A stretch of DNA of 64,000 nucleotides. Source: an uncultured Ignavibacteriales bacterium. Lineage in GTDB: Bacteria > Zixibacteria > MSB-5A5 > GN15 > FEB-12. Shown in pieces: positions 18,596-28,153 of this stretch (positions within the stretch are counted from its first letter, which is position 1; the number at the start of each line of letters is the position of its first letter). The translations under genes were made by a program, and so were the position numbers. The stretch is taken from assembly GCA_964416195.1 (NCBI GenBank), contig CAYQDB010000006.1, positions 60,765 through 124,764 on the forward strand, in the 5' to 3' direction. Below the pieces are notes generated by a model, which saw only the letters and a program-made list of their open reading frames with translations, was not told where the DNA came from and ran no database searches.

Positions 18596-18609
18596 AGTTC
18601 CTCCGTTGT

Positions 18610-19221
18610 TTATCCACTGTGATCAGGGGTTGCTGTTTTAGTCCGGCTGCTCTTGAGCAGACTGAGTGTTTCCAGGAGTGAGCGATATATGTTGCGTTCG
18701 TCCCGCAGGTATTTTGTTTTGATTTCGAGGTTATAGAACGGTTCTCCCAAGTGATTCCCGCGTCCAATCCTCACTGCCTTTGGGAAGCCAAGCAGAATGC
18801 TTGAGGTAAAATACGACGATTCAAGGTTGAGATCCAGCAGCAGGTCAAACTTGTTTTCCTGAAGCAGTTTGAGGTAGTTCTTCTTGGCCAGACCAGACCA
18901 TGTCATCTGATCCGAGGTCGGCGTCAGGATGTGAAATCCTTTGCGTGGGAAGATGTCGGCGATCTTGATTCCCGGCATAGACAACAGGGTAATCTCAGCA
19001 GGTTTGAATAACTCGGTTAAAGTCGGCAGGAACTGCTTGACAAAGGTGAGCTGGCGGAGGTTTCCCGGCAGGCAGACGAGGATCTGTTTTGGTTTCGTAA
19101 GAACCCCGGGAAAGTCGAGAATTTCAGAGTGAACATTCACCTTGCGGCGATTCAGCTTGGCGGTGGCAACCAGGTTTCTAATGCTCATTATCATCGCCTT
19201 GGTTTGGTGCAGCGTTGTCAT
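18610..19221 (-). CDS. hypothetical protein
   Basis: 203-aa ORF in an operon context between the rodZ-like gene and smc. It bears a weak resemblance to the N-terminal half of GT9-type glycosyltransferases (KILVCLPGNLRQLTF). The start is uncertain. Confidence 0.5.
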   Translation of the reverse strand: MTTLHQTKAMIMSIRNLVATAKLNRRKVNVHSEILDFPGVLTKPKQILVCLPGNLRQLTFVKQFLPTLTELFKPAEITLLSMPGIKIADIFPRKGFHILTPTSDQMTWSGLAKKNYLKLLQENKFDLLLDLNLESSYFTSSILLGFPKAVRIGRGNHLGEPFYNLEIKTKYLRDERNIYRSLLETLSLLKSSRTKTATPDHSG

Positions 19222-20230
19222 GGCCCGGGTGGCGGATTGTATCCTGCTTGGTACGGTTTCGTGCTGGAGGATGGCTACTTGCGGAATCAGCTGTTATCGG
19301 TACTACCGGGGTCGTTACTGTACTATGCGGATCGCTTACTTTTCGCTCACTGCCTGTCTTGGCAGGGCGCGTGGGCCGGTTAAGAAATGACGCCAGATTC
19401 GCCTGGTTGATTTTGATTTTAGAGATGCGCCTCGTGTTCGGGTCACGCAGGTTTACGGGCGTGCCATTCAGCTCGACTTCAACCGCTGATGGCACTCCGA
19501 TCGATACCTGCAAGCGGTATTTGGCTGAAGCCCGGTACACCCTTCCAGGTACGAGATTGTCGTAAATTGCCCTATCACCATCTGCAAAAACCGCCGCCCA
19601 GGTCTCCCGAGCTGCCACCAGCTTCAACTTCAGGTCTGAGGACTTTTCATACCGGGGGACATCCCAGTCGTAGTGAGCAAACTCTGTATCTGCTGCCCCT
19701 CTCTTCTCTGCCGCAGAGACATCAGAAATATCAACCGAACCGGTGTCTTGCTGTATTTGCCCAGAAGGCTCATGGTTATCACCGCTGAAAAACAACTTAT
19801 TTATGAGCACAACAATGAGAAAGAGGATGACGACAGCTCCAAACAGCAGGGCGAACTTTCGCAGAAACTTGGTTCCCGGTTCAGGTTTGCTTTCGGGAGG
19901 AGCGCCCTCTTTTTCAGGGGCTGTTTTTTCCTCCTCGGAATCATCTTGTTTTCCCTTTTTGGCACCATTCGGAGGTTCCAGTGGCTGTCCAATGTCCTCC
20001 TTGATGGCCTCGACGGTACTGGTGTAGTCAATGCCGAGCGCTTCTGCGTAGGACTTGGCGAAAAGGTTAAAGTATAACTCGGAGGGGAGAGCCTTCAGTT
20101 CTCCTGCTTCGACGTGCCGGAGATTGCTGCTGCTGACCTTGAGCTTAGTCGACAAATCGTCCAGAACAATGCCTTGTCGTTGGCGTTCCAGCTTCAGCAG
20201 CTTCCCGATTTTTACGTGTAGCTCGCTCAT
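19178..20230 (-). CDS. rodZ: RodZ-like cytoskeleton-associated protein (HTH + TM + DUF4115-like C-terminus)
   Basis: The N-terminal XRE-type HTH is IGKLLKLERQRQGIVLDDLSTKLKVSSSNLRHVEAG. It is followed by a low-complexity linker, one TM segment (FALLFGAVVILFLIVVLI) and a C-terminal beta-rich segment (YRLQVSIGVPSAVEVELNGTPV). Confidence 0.6.
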   Translation of the reverse strand: MSELHVKIGKLLKLERQRQGIVLDDLSTKLKVSSSNLRHVEAGELKALPSELYFNLFAKSYAEALGIDYTSTVEAIKEDIGQPLEPPNGAKKGKQDDSEEEKTAPEKEGAPPESKPEPGTKFLRKFALLFGAVVILFLIVVLINKLFFSGDNHEPSGQIQQDTGSVDISDVSAAEKRGAADTEFAHYDWDVPRYEKSSDLKLKLVAARETWAAVFADGDRAIYDNLVPGRVYRASAKYRLQVSIGVPSAVEVELNGTPVNLRDPNTRRISKIKINQANLASFLNRPTRPAKTGSERKVSDPHSTVTTPVVPITADSASSHPPARNRTKQDTIRHPGHDNAAPNQGDDNEH

Positions 20231-20243
20231 GGTACCAATGGCA

Positions 20244-20861
20244 TTAGTTGTCCAGTCCCGCGATTACCTCTTTCGCAAGGTTGTTCAGTAGCGTACATGG
20301 CAAGCCGATGACATTATCCAGATTGCCCTTTATTCTGTCAACTAAAAATGCCCCCATTCCCTGAATACCATAGGCTCCGGCCTTGTCCATCGATTCGCCA
20401 GTGTCGATGTAGTCGCGTATCTGCCGTGCCGTTACCGAATTGAAATAAACCTCGGTAAGCTCATAGTCGGCGGCAAAAAGCCTTCTGTCACCGGACAGCG
20501 CAAGGGCCGTACACACGACATGCATCCGCCCCGCCAGTGTTGTGAGAATCCTGAAGGCATCACTCTTATCGTTCGGTTTTTGAAGAATCTTCCCATCAAG
20601 GACGACGATTGTGTCACAACCGATCACAACATGTCCGGCATTGGTTTGTCGAGCTACCCACAGAGCCTTGTCCTGTGCAAGGCGCTTGGCGCATTGGAAA
20701 GGGGGTTCGCCCGGATTCTGTCGCTCATCAAGTGAGGGGATAACTTGCTTGAATGGCACACCGAGCTCTTTGAGCAGGGAAACCCGACGCGGGGATCGCG
20801 ATCCGAGAACCAGCTTCCACTGACTGGCCAATTGTCTGATATGGCTATAGTTCATGTTCAA
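20244..20861 (-). CDS. maf: Maf-like nucleoside-triphosphate pyrophosphatase (septum formation protein)
   Basis: Family motifs are present: LVLGSRSPRRVSLLKELGVPF, GCDTIVVLDG, KAGAYGIQG. Confidence 0.9.
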   Translation of the reverse strand: MNMNYSHIRQLASQWKLVLGSRSPRRVSLLKELGVPFKQVIPSLDERQNPGEPPFQCAKRLAQDKALWVARQTNAGHVVIGCDTIVVLDGKILQKPNDKSDAFRILTTLAGRMHVVCTALALSGDRRLFAADYELTEVYFNSVTARQIRDYIDTGESMDKAGAYGIQGMGAFLVDRIKGNLDNVIGLPCTLLNNLAKEVIAGLDN

Positions 20862-21288
20862 GAATGATTGTCACCGGACCCCGGTTGGTAAACTTGAGGT
20901 CCATTCTCGCTCCGAATATGCCCGTTTGTACAGCCAGACCGGACGCTCTGACCAGCTCCACAAATCTCTTGTAGAGCCGCTCCGCCGCTACAGGTTCCAT
21001 TGCCTCGGTGAATGATGGTCGCCGCCCTTTTCTGGTGTCGGCGTACAGTGTGAACTGGGAAACGATCATTATTTCCGCCCCGATGTCCAGCGCTGACAGG
21101 TTCATTTTCCCACTGTCGTCTTCAAAAATGCGCAGGTTGACAACCTTGTCGGCCAGGAAAGCGCACGATTGTTCGGTGTCTCCCGTTTTGGTCCCTATCA
21201 ATACGAGCAACCCGGCTTCTGCCTTACTGTGTAACGTATTGTCTATCCAGACCTCGGCACCGGCAGTTCGTTGGACAACTACTCGCAT
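20845..21288 (-). CDS. dtd: D-aminoacyl-tRNA deacylase
   Basis: MRVVVQR...LLVLIG...SQFTLYADTRKGRRPSF...NRGPVT is the Dtd signature. I trimmed the 186-aa track ORF to the ATG at 21288, which has AAGGAGAAG upstream. Confidence 0.9.
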   Translation of the reverse strand: MRVVVQRTAGAEVWIDNTLHSKAEAGLLVLIGTKTGDTEQSCAFLADKVVNLRIFEDDSGKMNLSALDIGAEIMIVSQFTLYADTRKGRRPSFTEAMEPVAAERLYKRFVELVRASGLAVQTGIFGARMDLKFTNRGPVTIILEHEL

Positions 21289-21819
21289 CTTTGTCTTACT
21301 TCTCCTTGTGAAAGAATATATGGTTGCCCAGCGGAAAGACAAACGAAAATAAACCCCCCGTCTTGTGGTCAATCGGGTATATGAATTCAAGGGATGGCTT
21401 TTCAAAGTAATTGCATCCTTAAAGCTAGTTTGACATATTAAGAGTTGAAAAGCCCAGTGGGGTAGCTGAGCGGAACCTACAAGACTTATATGGAGGGTGA
21501 GGTGCTACTGTGAAATCTGTAGCGTGGGTCAGGACACGGAAAGCGCTTATATAATGGAGGGCGTAATGTTAATGAAATCTACAAAACTGACCTTTAATCC
21601 GGAGAAATACATATTCTTGCTGGAATTGGCGCTCCAGGTAACATAGGGGGGAAGGTGTGGTTTGATGATATACAAATGTCTGTGGAATCAGACTAATGTC
21701 TGCACAAGCAGTTGTTGCGCCTGTAGGTAATTCGTAACTGAGGAAATTGACAGAACAGGGATTCGTTCGTCATTAGATAATAGGTGAAATAAGATGTATG
21801 TCTCAGCAAGGATGGAAGT

Positions 21820-24039
21820 ATGAAAGCAAGATCATTTCTCTTGGTTGCCATCTTAGTTATGGCGCTAGGTGGGGCGGCGTTTGGCGAGTCTGAGTTCTTA
21901 AAGAAGTTCAAACTGGACTACTCTGCCTTGGACATGGACTTGTTGAATAACATGGGAGAACAGGCCAAGATCAAGGACTTCGTCTACCGTAAGGACGTCG
22001 CTACTTTTACGTTTAAAGAAGGTAAGATTCACCTGCTGCGCTATGTCGAAGGTCGACCCACGACGGCCATATTCGTGGGTAAAGGGAATGCGAAAATTGA
22101 AATCCCGTCTCACATGGAGAGGCAGGCGCTACAGGGCATCTCAGGAGACAGTGTTGTTGACGAGGACTTTGAAGTAGCCTTTATCCGTATGGCTGACGAC
22201 TTCGACCTCAGGTTGAAAGAATCGTTTACATTTGAGCCCAAAGAGCTCAAATGGAAAATATTTACAATAGCCAAGCAGGCTCATGGGGAACAGTTCTTCA
22301 AACCAATTATTCTTCACACCTTCGATAATTACTTCCAGCTCTTGCGGTCACTCTATGAACGTTCCAGCGACGGATATTTCTGGATTGATTTCAACCGTTA
22401 TGTTTTTTTCTTCGATCCCAACCGGCCGGAGCAGGTTGCAGTTGACTACGAGCTTGGAGTGAGTGATCTTGTTGCCGCACCGGCGGCGGCCTTCCAGCGC
22501 CAAGAGATCGGTATCTATGGTGACCGACAGATGTCCGAGGTCCACTATCCGACCACAATCATTGAAAAAAGCGGCCGTATCAATTTGGGTGGTATAGACG
22601 GATTCTCTCTGGATAGCGCCGAAGTAACCGTCACACTGGTATTAAATGCCGACAGCCTGAGGTTTGTTTCGCTGTTTCTCCCGGCAATACTGAAAGAGGA
22701 CTCTATCTACCTTGATGGTCAACCGGTCGATTACTATCGCCGGAAGGACTTTAAGCATATAGGCATTATCCCGCCGGGGTACCGATACGGTGGGGATACA
22801 CTCCGGTTCACTCTCTGGTACCACGGAAAAAAATTCGATCGTTTCTTGCCGTATGTTGAAAATCCGCAAGTCTGCACGCATCGTTTTACTTTCACTGTCC
22901 CCAGGGGATTCAACTACTACCTGCCTGGAATGAGTGCCGTGAGGCCCGTGGACAATAAGTACGACCGGTTCACTGTCTCTTCATCAAATCAATACAATGA
23001 CTTCTATTTTCATGTCTACCCTTCCGACATTGACACCATTTCGGTGGTATCGAATGCCGGCATCACTCTCAACTTCTTGAAACAGCGACATATTTCGAAG
23101 AGGCTGATTCCATGTTTCGTACCTGATGAAACTTTCCAAAGTTCCATAGCGGATGCGTTTAATTACATGACTGCCCATTTCGGCGGGCCTCAGAACGCTT
23201 TCGTGGAGTATATTGTCCCGGAGCGGATGTTTCGTATGCCTGGTCTGATCATGGTGCCCCAGACCGTGTGCGCTATGGAAGGTCCAATGGAGGCCGTAGG
23301 CGGATTTGATGTCGTTGCCGGTGTGGCTGTCGCCCGGCAATGGTTTGGAACGCTGTTAAGACCGGTATCCAACCGAGAGGCCTGGATAGCCGATGCTCTG
23401 CCGGAGTATCTTGCGCTTTTATTCCTCAACAACAAGCAGGGAGCAACTTACCAGAGTAATCTGATCAACCGCCGCGATTCGATTTATACCGAGGTGGGGC
23501 GCAAACGGAACGTCCCATTGGCTATCGGCAGCCGCGCCAGTTTTAGCGCCCGCGTTAACAAGGGCGTCTGGCTACTTCACATGCTCAGGTTCCTGATGTA
23601 TGATCTTGAGCATGGTACTGAAGGGAACTTCCTGCGTTTCCTGCAGGAATGGACCATTACCTGTAACACGAGACCGTTTACAAACGAGGACTTCGTAGAT
23701 CTTGCCGAGAAGCATTATGGCCAACCGCTTAACTGGTTTTTCCAGCAGTGGCTCTACGGACGGAATATCCCTGAGTTCAAAGTTGAATATAGAACCGACC
23801 GCAAGGGTGACGAGTATTTTATAGATGTCGACATTGAAACGAAAGGTGTGGATACCAGTTTTGTGATGCCGGTTACCATGTGTGTATCATTTGGACAGAA
23901 CAACTCGAGCTACGCGCGAGAGAAAGTCACTGGCACGAGTACGCATTTTACACTGGGCCCGTTTGCGAGCGAACCTAAGGAGTTTGTCTTCAACGAGTTC
24001 TACAGTGTTCTGTCAAAGGACAAGGTGAAGAAAAAGTGA
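21820..24039 (+). CDS. secreted M1-aminopeptidase-like protein lacking the HExxH zinc site (probable pseudo-peptidase)
   Basis: 739 aa with a signal peptide. The M1 signature HELAHQWFGNLV...WLNEGFA is replaced by VAVARQWFGTLL...WIADALPEYLA (aa 502-531). Confidence 0.65.
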   Translation: MKARSFLLVAILVMALGGAAFGESEFLKKFKLDYSALDMDLLNNMGEQAKIKDFVYRKDVATFTFKEGKIHLLRYVEGRPTTAIFVGKGNAKIEIPSHMERQALQGISGDSVVDEDFEVAFIRMADDFDLRLKESFTFEPKELKWKIFTIAKQAHGEQFFKPIILHTFDNYFQLLRSLYERSSDGYFWIDFNRYVFFFDPNRPEQVAVDYELGVSDLVAAPAAAFQRQEIGIYGDRQMSEVHYPTTIIEKSGRINLGGIDGFSLDSAEVTVTLVLNADSLRFVSLFLPAILKEDSIYLDGQPVDYYRRKDFKHIGIIPPGYRYGGDTLRFTLWYHGKKFDRFLPYVENPQVCTHRFTFTVPRGFNYYLPGMSAVRPVDNKYDRFTVSSSNQYNDFYFHVYPSDIDTISVVSNAGITLNFLKQRHISKRLIPCFVPDETFQSSIADAFNYMTAHFGGPQNAFVEYIVPERMFRMPGLIMVPQTVCAMEGPMEAVGGFDVVAGVAVARQWFGTLLRPVSNREAWIADALPEYLALLFLNNKQGATYQSNLINRRDSIYTEVGRKRNVPLAIGSRASFSARVNKGVWLLHMLRFLMYDLEHGTEGNFLRFLQEWTITCNTRPFTNEDFVDLAEKHYGQPLNWFFQQWLYGRNIPEFKVEYRTDRKGDEYFIDVDIETKGVDTSFVMPVTMCVSFGQNNSSYAREKVTGTSTHFTLGPFASEPKEFVFNEFYSVLSKDKVKKK

Positions 24040-24176
24040 ATCCTGCGGACATCAACCGTCCTGTTATAGATAATGAAGCTTTCTGTGCCGGATTCCCTGA
24101 TGCGATCATCGGACGATGAATATTTGGAAAAGGGTGTGGACAGCAGCGGTGAAGATTGTTGATTTAGCTTTGGAAC

Positions 24177-25100
24177 ATGCCACGCTTTAGCTTATCTGAA
24201 TTGTTGCTCAGGGTTGCGCGACGACTCAAGCCGCTGGGATTGTGCCTGCGTTACTACCTCACCGGGTTGTATTACAGAATCGATGAAGATCACGTTTTCC
24301 TGTCAGCGGCGGGATTGGCGTTTTCATTGTTTGTCTGTATTGTTCCGTTCGTTTTGATTGTCTTCTCGGCGCTCGGTATGGTGCTGCAAGCATCCTCGGT
24401 TGAACAGGAGATCGCTTCCTATGTCGACAAGTTTATTCCATACGAGCAGTATGCCGCCTTTGTGAAAGGAATCATCTTTTCACGTCTTGATGAGTTCCGT
24501 ATTTATAAGAACATCGCCGGCTATATAGGAGTATTCGGTCTACTATTTGCCGCGAGCAGTCTGTTTAGCAGTATGAGGACAATCCTGAACAGGGTTTATC
24601 GGGTTGGCGTTGGCAAACCTGCTGTTATCGCCAAACTGAGGGACCTTGGAATGATTCTGTTGGTGCTGCTGTTTTTCCTGGTCTCAACTATGTCGTTGCC
24701 GTTGTTGGAAATCATGAAAGATGCCGCCTACAAGATTAGGCTTTTGGAGTTCTTCCGACTCACTTCCGTACAAAACATCTCTTTCAGGGTGGTGTCGGTG
24801 TCAATCGTATTCATCGTGTTTTATACCCTGTATTACCTTATCCCGTATGACAAGCTGAGTAAAAAAGCAACGGCACTCAGCGCTGTTTTTTCTACAGTGC
24901 TGTGGGAATTGGCGAAGCAGGCCTTCGGGTACTACATAACAAATCTCGCTTCGTTGAAACGAGTTTACGGCACCTATGTACTGATCGTCGTTGTGGCCTT
25001 CTGGATCTACTATTCATCTATCATCTTTATTCTTGGCGCCGTAGTCGGTCAACTGTATCGGGAGCGTCGAGGGGGGCGGCTTGCAAACAGCTCCAGATAA
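24177..25100 (+). CDS. YihY/BrkB-family integral membrane protein
   Basis: 307 aa with about 6 TM segments. The family N-terminal motif is FLSAAGLAFSLFVCIVPFVLIVFS. Confidence 0.75.
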   Translation: MPRFSLSELLLRVARRLKPLGLCLRYYLTGLYYRIDEDHVFLSAAGLAFSLFVCIVPFVLIVFSALGMVLQASSVEQEIASYVDKFIPYEQYAAFVKGIIFSRLDEFRIYKNIAGYIGVFGLLFAASSLFSSMRTILNRVYRVGVGKPAVIAKLRDLGMILLVLLFFLVSTMSLPLLEIMKDAAYKIRLLEFFRLTSVQNISFRVVSVSIVFIVFYTLYYLIPYDKLSKKATALSAVFSTVLWELAKQAFGYYITNLASLKRVYGTYVLIVVVAFWIYYSSIIFILGAVVGQLYRERRGGRLANSSR

Positions 25101-25260
25101 ACACGGCCGCCCACCAAGTTGGAATCGTGGGTCATATACTGTTTGTGGTTAGTGTATGTCCTCGTTCGCTAACTCGTTATCGAGAGGAGGGGGTGCACCA
25201 CCACGGGCGAGATTCATTCCATTCGGCATTGCTGAGGGGCGCTATGGGTTATCTGGTTGG

Positions 25261-25761
25261 TTACTCCATGGAACGAATGGCATGGATGAGTTCGCCGGTA
25301 GACCTGGCTGACATGAGCTCTTCGCGGAAGGAATCATACCGGAGCATCTCAGCGAGCGCCTTGAATACTCTCAGATAGAGGGTATCGTCATACGGTGGCG
25401 CGGCCATAATGAAAAAGAGATGGGTCAGCTCGCCGTCGAGGGCGTCGAAGTCGTACCCGCCGGTTGACCGTGCGAATGCGATCATGAACTCCTTAGCATG
25501 TTTGGACCTGATGTGGGGAACTGCGATGCCGTGACCGATGCCGGTACTGGCTTTCTTCTCGCGGTTGATGAAGTCAAGAAGAAGCTTGTTGCAGTTGCCA
25601 ATACGAGCATTTTCGTCAAGCAGTTTGACGAGCTCGAGCAGTATCCACTCTTTGCTCTGCTGGCGCCACCTTTCGATCGATATCCCTTCGTCAGGTGGAT
25701 CGATCTTCGTGTCCATTTCCAGCTTGATCAATCGCTTGTTCATGTAGCGCGAGATGTTCAT
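25261..25761 (-). CDS. PTS EIIA(Ntr)-type (PtsN-like) regulatory protein
   Basis: 166 aa with an EIIA-type-2 active-site region TGIGHGIAVPHIRS and LFFIMAAP. It is a stand-alone gene. Confidence 0.7.
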   Translation of the reverse strand: MNISRYMNKRLIKLEMDTKIDPPDEGISIERWRQQSKEWILLELVKLLDENARIGNCNKLLLDFINREKKASTGIGHGIAVPHIRSKHAKEFMIAFARSTGGYDFDALDGELTHLFFIMAAPPYDDTLYLRVFKALAEMLRYDSFREELMSARSTGELIHAIRSME

Positions 25762-25945
25762 GCTAATTCTATCGGCTTCAATCGCTTACATTTTTAGATG
25801 AATATAGTTGGAGTTCCGTCATTTTGTCAACAGCGCCATGCTTCTGTTCTCTTGAAATCAAGCGCGAACCAGTAGGTCAAAAGCTGTGCTTGTAGAGTTA
25901 GTGCAGCTACAGATTGGAAGAGTTGAGGTGAGAGCAAAGATGGTT

Positions 25946-26122
25946 AGCAGGCTGTTGAAAACACAGAGCGGAAGGCAATAAAATGGCTGCCTTGTGCGAC
26001 CCGTCATTCCTGCGAAAGGAGGAATCTATACATATCAACAGGTTACTGGGTCCCCGCTTTCGCGGGGATGACGAGTTTGTTGGTTATAGAACGTGATAGA
26101 ATACTTTTTCAACAAGCTGTTA
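25946..26122. repeat. MITE-like palindromic element (termini ...CTGTTGAAAA / TTTTCAACAAG...) carrying two CGTCAT-hairpin modules
   Basis: Terminal inverted repeats lie at 25946-25962 and 26105-26122. Internally, CGTCATTCCTGCGAAAGGAGGAATC (26002-26026) faces GGGTCCCCGCTTTCGCGGGGATGACG (26048-26073). A related element lies at 35182-35332. Confidence 0.6.
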
Positions 26123-26128
26123 GTCTTC

Positions 26129-27235
26129 TTATGAAACAAGTTTTTTAATAGTTGCGATTACTTCGTCCTGCTCCATTTCAGTCAGTTCCGGGTAAATCGG
26201 GATCGAAAGCACCTGAGCGCCGGCCTGGTTGGCGATCGGGAACTCATCCGGCTGGTGCCCTTGGTATGCAAAACATTCCTGCATATGGAACGGCACCGGG
26301 TAATAGATCACACAGCCGATACCGGCCTCTTGCAGCTTAGTCTGCACCTCATCCCGATTCGGAATGGCAACAGTATACTGGTTATAGATATGAAAAGTCA
26401 TGTAGTCCTTTACCACCGGTCGCTTGAGGCTGGTCAGGCTTTCAAAGGCCTTATCGTACTTCTTGGCATGTTCGATCCGTTTTTTTGACCACTCTTGGAG
26501 GTGTGGTAGTTTGACAAGCAGGATGGCGGCTTGCATCGTTGCCAACCGGGAATTGTAACCCACAATTTTGTGGTAGTACTTCGGTTTTGCGCCGTGGACC
26601 CGGAGGATTCTGCAGAGCTCATAGTTGGCGTCGTCGTTTGTCGTGATAATACCGCCGTCGCCACCGGCGCCGAGATTCTTGGAGGGGAAAAATGAGAAAC
26701 AGCCGAAATCGCCGATCGATCCAGCTTTGTGCCCCCTGTACTCTGAACCGATCGCCTGGGCGGCATCCTCGATGACCTTGAGGCCATGTTTCTTGGCGAT
26801 CGCCATAATCGGATCCATGTCGGCTACCTGACCAAAGAGGTGAACCGGCATAATGGCTTTGGTCTTGGGTGTGATCGCCGCTTCGATCAGGTTGGGATCG
26901 AGGTTGTAGGTATCGGCCTCGATATCTACAAAGACCGGTTTGGCACCGAGACGGTGAATAACGCTGGCAGTGGCAAAGAAGGAGAAATCAGTCGTGATAA
27001 CCTCGTCGCCCGGACTGATACCAGCGGCACGAAGAGCCAACAGCAGTGAGTCGGTTCCAGATGCCACTCCTACGGCATGTTTGACTGTGCAGAGGGCTGC
27101 AATCTCTTCTTCCAGTTTCTTTACCTCAGGACCCAGGATAAACTTGCCGTGCGTCAGGACGTTAATGACAGCGGCATCGAGTTCTGGTTTCAGTTTTGCG
27201 TACTGACGGCTTAAATCTAAGAGGGGAACAGCCAT
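26129..27235 (-). CDS. DegT/DnrJ/EryC1/StrS-family PLP-dependent sugar aminotransferase (WbpE-like)
   Basis: 368 aa. Family blocks are present: FILGPEVKKLEEEIA, GDEVITTDFSFFAT, FSFFPSKNLGAGGDGG. Confidence 0.9.
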   Translation of the reverse strand: MAVPLLDLSRQYAKLKPELDAAVINVLTHGKFILGPEVKKLEEEIAALCTVKHAVGVASGTDSLLLALRAAGISPGDEVITTDFSFFATASVIHRLGAKPVFVDIEADTYNLDPNLIEAAITPKTKAIMPVHLFGQVADMDPIMAIAKKHGLKVIEDAAQAIGSEYRGHKAGSIGDFGCFSFFPSKNLGAGGDGGIITTNDDANYELCRILRVHGAKPKYYHKIVGYNSRLATMQAAILLVKLPHLQEWSKKRIEHAKKYDKAFESLTSLKRPVVKDYMTFHIYNQYTVAIPNRDEVQTKLQEAGIGCVIYYPVPFHMQECFAYQGHQPDEFPIANQAGAQVLSIPIYPELTEMEQDEVIATIKKLVS

Positions 27236-27334
27236 TTTTTTCTCCTTGCTAAACTTGGGGTGCTGTCATACGACCTCGTATGACAGTCTCGATTCGCCTG
27301 ACACCACCGAAAGCGGTAACGCGGCTTAGTAGTA

Positions 27335-28096
27335 TCACTCGTCCTTCCAACCCTGGTTCTCCAACAGTTGCTCCGGCGGTACATCGCGGAAGACTTTGGC
27401 CGGCACGCCGGCTACGATCTTTTTTGGGGGTGTATCCGAAGTCACCAACGCTCCCGCAGCGACCAGGGTGTCCTCACCGATCACCTTGCCGGGAAGTATC
27501 GTCGCGTTGACGCCTAGGCGAGCGCCTTTCTTTACAATCACCCCTTTGAAGTGTTTGAAGCGCTCTTTGGTGCGTCCGACGAAATTGTCGTTCGAGGTCG
27601 CTACGCAGGGAGCGACAAAAGCCCGGTTGCCAATCTCGGAATAGGCGGTGATGTAGACGTTGGTTTCCAGTTTTACATACTTGCCTATTTTGCAGAAGTT
27701 CTCAATCGCCACGCCACGCCCGACAATCGTGCACTTGCCGATGGACACATTTTCACGGACGGTTGACAAATCGGCGATCAATACTTTGTCGCCGATTTCG
27801 CTCCCGCGATATACTACCACATTTGTTCCGATGATGCAGTTTGAGTCAATTGTGCATGGGGGCAGTTCCTGATCGGAGGTGGTCGCCGAGATCACCGCTT
27901 TCATGGGGCGCTTGCCGATCACGCTGCCATCGTCAATGCGGACATAGTCGCCAATCTGCGTGTCGTCGTGAACAGTCACGTGGTGCCCGATCACACACCC
28001 TTTGCCAATCTTGACATTTTCGCCGACAACACAGAACTCGCCGTGCCGGGTTTCCGATCCAATTGACGCCGAGGGGGCGATGATAGAAGTCGACAT
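27335..28096 (-). CDS. left-handed beta-helix (hexapeptide-repeat) sugar N-acyl/acetyltransferase (WbpD-like)
   Basis: 253 aa of tandem hexapeptide repeats ([LIV]-G-x4), sitting between the aminotransferase and the oxidoreductase. Confidence 0.8.
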   Translation of the reverse strand: MSTSIIAPSASIGSETRHGEFCVVGENVKIGKGCVIGHHVTVHDDTQIGDYVRIDDGSVIGKRPMKAVISATTSDQELPPCTIDSNCIIGTNVVVYRGSEIGDKVLIADLSTVRENVSIGKCTIVGRGVAIENFCKIGKYVKLETNVYITAYSEIGNRAFVAPCVATSNDNFVGRTKERFKHFKGVIVKKGARLGVNATILPGKVIGEDTLVAAGALVTSDTPPKKIVAGVPAKVFRDVPPEQLLENQGWKDE

Positions 28097-28153
28097 ATTC
28101 TGTATCCTTGCTTATTTCGTATAACTCATTCTAAACAAGACCGGCCATTGTCA

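Noticed and set aside
21289-21405. N-terminal extensions of track ORFs: dtd (39 aa), menA (58 aa, 54365-54538), the secreted protein at 45309-45365, and the lipoprotein at 35168-35212
   Set aside because: In each case an internal start gives the canonical N-terminus (MRVVVQR for Dtd, or a clean signal peptide or lipobox) and, in most cases, a better SD. The extensions overlap upstream genes or repeat elements.
21458-21480. tRNA-like start GGGGTAGCTGAGCGGAACCTAC
   Set aside because: No cloverleaf can be built. There is no T-loop (GGTTCGAATCC-like) or matching acceptor 3' strand downstream. The segment shares GCTGAGCGGA and CCTAC with the intergenic repeat families instead.
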